Assembly (NCBI GenBank): GCA_038227875.1
Contig: JBBRPR010000021.1
Location: 1 to 64,000, forward strand
From: Planctomycetota bacterium
Lineage (GTDB): Bacteria > Planctomycetota > SZUA-567 > H5-PLA8
DNA length: 64,000 nucleotides
Direction: 5' to 3'
Shown piece after piece: positions 57,579 through 64,000 of this stretch. The notes under the pieces were generated by a model. The model saw only the letters and a program-made list of their open reading frames with translations. It searched no databases and was not told where the DNA came from. The translations under genes were made by a program, and so were the position numbers. The number at the start of each line of letters is the position of its first letter. Position 1 is the first letter of the stretch.

Positions 57579-60329
57579 CTACGCCAACCCCAGCCGCTTT
57601 CGCATAATCCATTCCATCGCCAGCAATCCGACAATCAGCATCAGAATCGGGTACGACGACCAGATCTCGTAGCTCTTTTCGACGCTGCGTTCCTTCCCCT
57701 GCCCTGCCAGCTGTGAGAACAACTCCGGCGCGTCGAGAATATCCATGTAGCGCCCGCCGCCAGCCTTGGCCATGGCCGCCAGCCGCGCGCTGTCGCGGGA
57801 TAGTTCAATGCCTTCCTGACCGGCCAGATCTCGGGCGATCACCTGGATCTCCTGCTGAATGCCGTCGAATCCCGGTGCATCAACTTTGACCACGATGTTG
57901 TGCACGCCCGCGCCGACGTTCTGCAGATCTCCGCGGTAGAGCCCGCCGCTGTCGGGCACCGCGGTGAGCTGAACGTGCTGCGGATGCGCGGGGTCACCGA
58001 GATCCGCGGTGACCGTCGCGTCGGCGACGATGTGGCCCTGGGCGTCGCGGGGCCGCGCCAGGATTTCGACGTTCTCGCCAGGACGGATCTGGCGGCGCAC
58101 GCAGCCGACTTTCAAGCGCGGTCCGCCGATCAACCGGTTGCTCGTCCCCCAACGCATCGCCTGGGACCAGAAAAACGCATGCACGCGATCCGCAACCTTG
58201 TAGCGCCAGTTCCACGTGCCGTCGGTGCCGACGTACATCACGCGCCCCGCGCCGTAATTTTGAATCGCGACGACCACGTCTTTCCGCGCGTCGTCGGTGG
58301 AGAGCAGCGTCGTCGCCAGCGGCTTGGCGTAGGCCGGACGTGCGACCCAGTGAAGTTCCGGCAACGCCGTCCAGAGCTGTTCGTTGAGCGTGGGATCGTG
58401 CAGGATGCGGGTGATTTCGTGGGTCGCACCGGCTTCGTCGAGTTTCACGCGCACGCGCTCGGAAGCGGTGGCGCTGGTCAGCGCGCTGGTCATCGAGGCC
58501 GGCGCCTGCTGTCGTATCGGCAGCAGATCGGCGATGGGGCCGGTGAGGTACGACTGCGGCATCGAGCGCGGACCGGCGAGCAGCACAAGAAAGCCGCCGC
58601 GGTCGGCAACATACGCGGCCAGGCGCTTCTGGTCGGCTTCGCTCAGGCGTTCGGCGGGAATGTCGCCGAGAATGATGATTTCATAATCTTCGAGTGCCTT
58701 CTCGTCCTGCGGCAGCGCCTTGGGTTTGGGGCCGAGGTTCTCGCCGCTGAGCAGCCAGCGTTCGTCGAGCGTCATCTTGCGTTCGCGACGGAGCAGACTG
58801 GCGACGTAGCGGCTTTCCCAGCGCGGCAGTTCGTCGGCGAGGAGCACTTTCAGACGGTCGTTGGCGACGTCGACGATGCACTCGGCGCTGTTGTTCATCG
58901 TCAGCGCTTCACCGGTGAGCGGCTTGATCGAAGCCGTGAAGACATTCGGGCCGGGTTTGTCGGCGGGGATTTCGAAATTTTCGTGAAGCCAGCCATCGTC
59001 GCCGAGCGTCAGTTCGCGCTGCTGCACGGTCTTATCTTCGCGGCTCAAGACCAGGTTGCACTTCTGACCCTTCAAGCCCGCGACTTTGACGTGCGCCGTA
59101 AGCTTGATGGTTTCGTCCATGAAGACCGACTGCGTGCCCTCCAGCCGCGCGATGCAGATGTCCGGCGGTGCCGATTCGCTGCCAACGCCCAGCGTGTGCA
59201 CGATAATGCCGCGGGCGGCCAGCAATCGTGCCGCGTCTTCGGGAATCGGGCCGCTGGTGTGGCGTCCGTCTGTGCAGACCACCACGGCGGCGATGCTGTC
59301 CTGCGCGTGGCGTTCGGCGATGTGAATCAGCGGCGTGGCGAGGTCCGTGTCGGTCGGCGTGGCAGTTTTCGCGGCGGAATCCTTCGACGTGGCGTTGGCG
59401 GCAAGTTCGCGAAGATCGGTGTCGAAACCGTATTGGACGAGTTTGACGCGGTCGCCGAATTCCGCGGCGGCTTTCGAATCGATCATGCCGGATACGACCG
59501 CGGAACGATCCATGGTGCTGAGCCGCTCCAGCGCGGCCGTCACGGCCGGGTTGTTGCTCGCCGCCAGTGCGCGGTCGGCAGCGTCCTGGACCCGCTGCGA
59601 TTCAGCGGCGAGTTTCGTGATCTCCGGCGGCAGAGCGCTGAGCACTTTCGCTTTGTCGGCGAGCTTCGCCTGGCTGTCGGCTTTCTCGGCTTCGATCTCG
59701 CCAGCTTCCTTGGCCAGTTTCTCAATGGCCTGAGCCTGCGCCTCAGCGCCTTGCGCAAGCGCCGTTGGCGCGGCGGGGATAGCTTTCAGCAACTTCGCGC
59801 CGCGCTGGAGTTCCGTCTGCGCTTCTCCCAGCGACGTGCATGCGCCCCTGATGCGTTCGCGCGCGGTCGCGGAGTTCGCGGCATTTTCCGCGAGCAACTG
59901 CGCGGCCTGCCGGATATTCCCCGACGCTGACTCCGCCGCGGCAGCCGCCTGCGTGAACGCTTTGCCCGCGTCGTCTGCGCTGGTGTCGCGCAATTTCTTG
60001 TCGAGTAACCCCAGCGCCACGGCGTTGCGCACTCGGCGTTCGACGGGCTCGTGAACGTCCTTCACCGTCATGCTGGTGGAGGTGTCGCGTAAAACGATGA
60101 CGACCGGCTTCTCGTGCTCCAGCCGCACGCTGTTGACGATCGGCTGCGCCAGCAGGAGCACCATCAATGTCACCGCCGCCGCGCGGAGCGTACGCAAGCG
60201 CGCGCCGGCCTTGAGCAATCCTTCCGTTTCACGGCGGTACAGCCGCGTGATCAGGTACGCGACCAGCAGCGCAGCCGGCAGCATCAGCCAGAGCGAATAC
60301 CCTTTGATGAACAGGCTCAGACCGCTCAT
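57579..60329 (-). CDS. Membrane protein with vWA-like and GATase-like domains
   Basis: DTSTSM, TDG, PRWESRY, IILGD, GAGRVMYVGTDGTWNWR, EWIMRKRLGL. Confidence 0.85.
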   Translation of the reverse strand: MSGLSLFIKGYSLWLMLPAALLVAYLITRLYRRETEGLLKAGARLRTLRAAAVTLMVLLLAQPIVNSVRLEHEKPVVIVLRDTSTSMTVKDVHEPVERRVRNAVALGLLDKKLRDTSADDAGKAFTQAAAAAESASGNIRQAAQLLAENAANSATARERIRGACTSLGEAQTELQRGAKLLKAIPAAPTALAQGAEAQAQAIEKLAKEAGEIEAEKADSQAKLADKAKVLSALPPEITKLAAESQRVQDAADRALAASNNPAVTAALERLSTMDRSAVVSGMIDSKAAAEFGDRVKLVQYGFDTDLRELAANATSKDSAAKTATPTDTDLATPLIHIAERHAQDSIAAVVVCTDGRHTSGPIPEDAARLLAARGIIVHTLGVGSESAPPDICIARLEGTQSVFMDETIKLTAHVKVAGLKGQKCNLVLSREDKTVQQRELTLGDDGWLHENFEIPADKPGPNVFTASIKPLTGEALTMNNSAECIVDVANDRLKVLLADELPRWESRYVASLLRRERKMTLDERWLLSGENLGPKPKALPQDEKALEDYEIIILGDIPAERLSEADQKRLAAYVADRGGFLVLLAGPRSMPQSYLTGPIADLLPIRQQAPASMTSALTSATASERVRVKLDEAGATHEITRILHDPTLNEQLWTALPELHWVARPAYAKPLATTLLSTDDARKDVVVAIQNYGAGRVMYVGTDGTWNWRYKVADRVHAFFWSQAMRWGTSNRLIGGPRLKVGCVRRQIRPGENVEILARPRDAQGHIVADATVTADLGDPAHPQHVQLTAVPDSGGLYRGDLQNVGAGVHNIVVKVDAPGFDGIQQEIQVIARDLAGQEGIELSRDSARLAAMAKAGGGRYMDILDAPELFSQLAGQGKERSVEKSYEIWSSYPILMLIVGLLAMEWIMRKRLGLA

Positions 60330-60332
60330 GTT

Positions 60333-62537
60333 TCAGGCCCACCGGCGCGTGAGGTAAAGTTCGACGAAGCACAGACCGATCGCGGCCATGATCAGGTATG
60401 GTGAAATTTCAATGCCACCGCCGTCGAGTCCGACCAGACGCGCCAGCGCGCTCCAGTCGGCCGCGTACTTCGCGCCGACATCGCGTTCGATCCGGTTCAG
60501 CTCTTCGGAGTTCAGACGTTTCAGCGCCGACTCACTGCGGTCGGCGTTGACGACGTAATAGACCTTCTCGTCCGGCGTGCCGTCTTCGGGCGCGACCATG
60601 TAGAGTCCGGGCTTCTCGGTCTCTTCGAACGAGAACACCGAGAGCGCCCCCTGGCTCTGGACCTTCAGCGGCAGCGGCTCGCCCTTGGGCGGCGTAAGCG
60701 TGTAGGTGCGATGCGCGAGTTCGCCGGTCGCGACGTGCGAGAGAATCTGGCCGACGGCAATGTTGCGCGGCGGAATCACGGTTGAGGCAAGATCGAGCAC
60801 GAGGTTCTGCATCAGCGGCACATAGAAGGGATGGAGCGGCAGGTCGGACCAGTCCTTGTCAATGGCCGTCGTCAGCAGCAGCACTTTCCCTTCGCCGAGC
60901 TTCTTCTGAACCAGTGCCGCCGCCCCGTTGCTGAATGTGGCGATGGTGCGGACGTCTTCCTTTCCTGAGGTGGGCGCCGTGTAGTAGTAATTTCGAATCG
61001 TGGACTTGGTCCAATCCTGTCCGCGTTCCGGTCGGAAAAGATCGAGCGATGGCGCATCGGTGACGATGCCGCCGAGATGAACTGCCTCTGCAAGTGGTGC
61101 AGACTTCGGCGCAGAGACCAGGCGGAACGAACTCTCCTCGCTGATTGGCCGCGCGGAACTCTCCAGCGGTACCGGCAACAGCCCCCCGCCCTGCCGGTAG
61201 AGATCGCGGTTGTACGCGTCGCGCTGGACCTTGTCGCCCAGTGAGACCATCAGACCGCCGCCGGCGACGACGAAGCGTTCCAGATCGGAGACCACCGACC
61301 CGGGCAGTGCCGCAACGTTCGCGAGGACGATCACGCGGTAGCGCGCCAGATCGGTGGAACGAATATCGGAGACGTCGATCACTGTCGGTTCGATCACCGT
61401 CCGCCATTGGGGATCGTCGCGGTCCTTGGGCGAGAGCGCCAATTTCAGGAACGCACTTTCGCTCGACAACGCCTGCTCGCGGTGGTCGCCGTCTACAATC
61501 AGAACTGGAAGCTTGTCGACGACAACGACACTGTAGAGCAGTTCATCGTCGTCCGGCAGCACGTCCTGCGCGCAGCGAAGATGACACGAAACGTAGTGCG
61601 AACCAGCGCTCTCGAATTTGTGTTCGAAGGCGAGCACTTGTTTCTCTTCAATCCCGAGATTGACTGTGCGCGTTGACTTCGGCGCGCCATCGACGGAGAA
61701 CGTAACCGCAACGTCGCTGACCGCTTCCGGACCGTCGTTGGCGATGGTAAAGTTGAACGACACCGGCGAGTAAATATCGATCACGGCGCGAGAGGGCTTC
61801 ACGTCGGTCATCGCCACGTTGATGCGGTGCTGGTCGCCGACCGAGGCGAGCACAATTGTCGGCGCGATGCGCGTGGAACGAATCGTGCTGCTCAGGTACG
61901 ACCAGCGTGTGCCGTCATCGAGCTGCCAACCGGACGCCTGCATGTCGGAAAAGAGAATCAGTTCGCGGTGCGGATTCTGGCGGGCTTCGAGCTCCTGCAT
62001 GCCCGCCGCAATGGCACGGGGCATGTCGGTCTTTTCATAGTGCGGCATGGCGGTTCGAATGATCTCGCGGACACGGTCGAGATCGAAGAGCGGCGTTGGA
62101 GGCGGACCTTTCGCGGCCGACGAGGTGAACATCACCGCGGCGTCGTCACCCTTCTTCAGCGTGTCGACGTAGCGGAGCGCCTGGTCGCGCGCTTCCAGCC
62201 AAGCGCTGCGCGGACGACCGGCGTCCATCGAGAAGGAATCGTCGAGCAGAATCAGCGCGCTGGTGTGGACGCTCGGACCGCGCGCGCCGCTCATCGCCCA
62301 ATTCAGGACCGGCCGCATCAGCGCCAGCGCGAGGCAGGCCACGATGCCGGCACGGACGAGGAGGAGCAGCAGTTCGTGCATACGGATGCGCTTGGCACGT
62401 TCGGCGACAAGTTCCTCGAGGAACATCATCGCGCCCCAGTCCATGTGCGTGACTTTGCTGCGGTGCAATAGATGAATGATGATCGGCGCGGAAACAGCGG
62501 CGAGTCCGCCGGCAAGGATCAGGTTGAGGAAAACCAT
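60333..62537 (-). CDS. BatA N-terminal domain plus vWA membrane protein
   Basis: PIIIHLL..., WGAMMFL, LLDDSFSM, FSDMQ, WSDLPL.P.YVPL. Confidence 0.88.
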   Translation of the reverse strand: MVFLNLILAGGLAAVSAPIIIHLLHRSKVTHMDWGAMMFLEELVAERAKRIRMHELLLLLVRAGIVACLALALMRPVLNWAMSGARGPSVHTSALILLDDSFSMDAGRPRSAWLEARDQALRYVDTLKKGDDAAVMFTSSAAKGPPPTPLFDLDRVREIIRTAMPHYEKTDMPRAIAAGMQELEARQNPHRELILFSDMQASGWQLDDGTRWSYLSSTIRSTRIAPTIVLASVGDQHRINVAMTDVKPSRAVIDIYSPVSFNFTIANDGPEAVSDVAVTFSVDGAPKSTRTVNLGIEEKQVLAFEHKFESAGSHYVSCHLRCAQDVLPDDDELLYSVVVVDKLPVLIVDGDHREQALSSESAFLKLALSPKDRDDPQWRTVIEPTVIDVSDIRSTDLARYRVIVLANVAALPGSVVSDLERFVVAGGGLMVSLGDKVQRDAYNRDLYRQGGGLLPVPLESSARPISEESSFRLVSAPKSAPLAEAVHLGGIVTDAPSLDLFRPERGQDWTKSTIRNYYYTAPTSGKEDVRTIATFSNGAAALVQKKLGEGKVLLLTTAIDKDWSDLPLHPFYVPLMQNLVLDLASTVIPPRNIAVGQILSHVATGELAHRTYTLTPPKGEPLPLKVQSQGALSVFSFEETEKPGLYMVAPEDGTPDEKVYYVVNADRSESALKRLNSEELNRIERDVGAKYAADWSALARLVGLDGGGIEISPYLIMAAIGLCFVELYLTRRWA

Positions 62538-63431
62538 TTACTTCCCCCGCCTGTGCATCAGGTATTGGGTGAGCGCCTGATCGAACGGCTTGTCGGTGCT
62601 CAGCATGACGTGATCGAAGTGAAACTGGTGGCAGGTTTCTTTGAGCTTGCGCGTGAACGCTTCGAAACGCTCCAGGTAATGTTTGCGCACGCGGGACGCA
62701 TCGAGTTTCACGCGGTGATTGTCGCGCTCGAGGCTGCGAAATTCCGCCACGCTGTCGAAGGGGAAAGTGACTTCGTGCGGGTCGACGATTTGGAGCAGGA
62801 TGACTTCGTGGCGGTGGTGATGGAAATGGGCGAGCGCGTTTTTCAGGTCGTCCATCGGCGCAAAGAGATCGGAGATCACAATTACCAGACCGCGGCGCTT
62901 CAACTGCGCGCTGAGCGAATGGAGAATCTTGGCCAGATTTGTTTCGTTACCTGGCTCCAGCTTCGCCAGCACCTTCATCAGGTTCATATAATGGCTGCTG
63001 GTCGAGCGCGGCGGGACGTGCGTGCGGATGTCGGTGTCGAAGGTAACAAGCCCAACAGAATCCGACTGCCCAATCATCAGGTGCGCCAGCGCCGCGGCGA
63101 CTTTCCGCGCGTAAACGAATTTCTGCTCGCCGCCCCCGGCGTACTTCATCGAGCCGCTGGCATCGAGCAAAATCGTGGCGCGGAGATTCGTCTCTTCTTC
63201 GTACTGTTTGATGAACAACCGGTCACTCTTGCCGAAGACCTTCCAGTCGATGTGGCGGATTTCGTCGCCGCGCGCGTACTGGCGGTGCTGCGCGAATTCG
63301 ACGCTGAAACCTTTGTAGACACTGCGGTGCTGCCCCGCGATGAAGCTCTCGACGACCGTGCGCGCGATCAGCTGCAAACTCGCTACGCGCTCAAGCGCAC
63401 TAGGGTCGACGATTTCCGCTTCCTGGGCCAT
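62538..63431 (-). CDS. DUF58-family protein
   Basis: GQHRS..KGFSVEFAQHRQY..GDEIRHIDWK, LDASGSM, VISD. Confidence 0.92.
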   Translation of the reverse strand: MAQEAEIVDPSALERVASLQLIARTVVESFIAGQHRSVYKGFSVEFAQHRQYARGDEIRHIDWKVFGKSDRLFIKQYEEETNLRATILLDASGSMKYAGGGEQKFVYARKVAAALAHLMIGQSDSVGLVTFDTDIRTHVPPRSTSSHYMNLMKVLAKLEPGNETNLAKILHSLSAQLKRRGLVIVISDLFAPMDDLKNALAHFHHHRHEVILLQIVDPHEVTFPFDSVAEFRSLERDNHRVKLDASRVRKHYLERFEAFTRKLKETCHQFHFDHVMLSTDKPFDQALTQYLMHRRGK

Positions 63432-63480
63432 GACGGGAGCTCACAAAAGAGGGAGAGAGCGAACGCAAACTCGGCACGAG

Positions 63481-64000
63481 CTACGCTTTGGGCGCGGCTT
63501 CCTTCTTCGGTTCGCCGTTGCGGACAGTTTCGAGCACGCGGTCGATGATCATGTCCTGAGTCAGGCCTTCGCTTTCGGCCGCGAAGTTCAGAACGATGCG
63601 GTGGCGCAGCACCGGTTTGGCCAGCGCCGCGACATCTTCAATCGTGGCGTGGAAGCGGCCGTAAAGCAACGCGCGCGCTTTCGCTCCGAGCAGCAGATAC
63701 TGCGCGGCGCGCGGACCGGCACCCCAGTCGAGCCAGCGCTTCACCTCGGAGGCCGCGCCGGGTTCGTTGACACGGGTCGCGCGGACCAGGTCGACGGCGA
63801 ACGCGTAGACATGATCGCCGAGCGGAACCTTGCGCACGATCTCCTGCAAGCCAAGCAGTTCCTGCGCGGTGAAAACCGGCGAGAGTGTCGCCGAGTAGGC
63901 GCTGGTCGTGCGGCGCATGATGTTGATTTCGTCCTCGCGCGTCGGGTAGCCCACGTTGACCATGAACATGAAGCGATCGAGCTGCGCTTCGGGGAGCGGA
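63481..64000 (-). CDS. MoxR-family AAA ATPase, C-terminal part
   Basis: PLPEAQLDRFMF, WGAGPRA, VLRHRI; 5' end outside the window. Confidence 0.92.
   Translation of the reverse strand, partial: PLPEAQLDRFMFMVNVGYPTREDEINIMRRTTSAYSATLSPVFTAQELLGLQEIVRKVPLGDHVYAFAVDLVRATRVNEPGAASEVKRWLDWGAGPRAAQYLLLGAKARALLYGRFHATIEDVAALAKPVLRHRIVLNFAAESEGLTQDMIIDRVLETVRNGEPKKEAAPKA

Noticed and set aside
57579..64000. MoxR-DUF58-BatA/vWA operon as a novel system
   Set aside because: Widely described gene cluster; nothing unusual seen beyond a helical insert in the last gene.

Overview
GC-rich bacterial chromosome segment. The gene set (DUF1559-type prepilin, Zn-ribbon SpoVG, membrane Ser/Thr kinases, MoxR-DUF58-BatA/vWA cluster, b6-like cytochrome b) suggests Planctomycetota; this is inference from gene content only. 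Order: left end of an IS3-family element; a 2.3-kb accessory patch where AT-richer single genes alternate with conserved hairpin repeats; mqnD-mqnB; an MlaE/MlaF/3xMCE/STAS operon; a large MshEN-like/Zn-ribbon pseudokinase; oxidoreductase plus sugar isomerase; spoVG, ispE, trpF, pyrG, kdsB; a FliA/WhiG sigma factor; an intact Ser/Thr kinase; two GT-C-type membrane proteins; a GH50 enzyme; split NHEJ (PE, ligase, Ku); an FGE-sulfatase-domain protein; a b6-like/subunit-IV-like pair without Rieske; an XRE/S24 regulator with a receiver; LptD-like, TPR and prepilin genes; a MoxR/vWA operon cut by the window end. No rRNA, tRNA or CRISPR array was recognised. Best novelty candidates: the REP-like hairpin-delimited cassette array (370-2587), the MshEN-like pseudokinase, the three-MCE transporter with a shared insertion, and heptamer inverted-repeat elements, one of whose units also occurs in frame inside mqnB. 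All family calls come from motif recognition by eye; no database searches were run.
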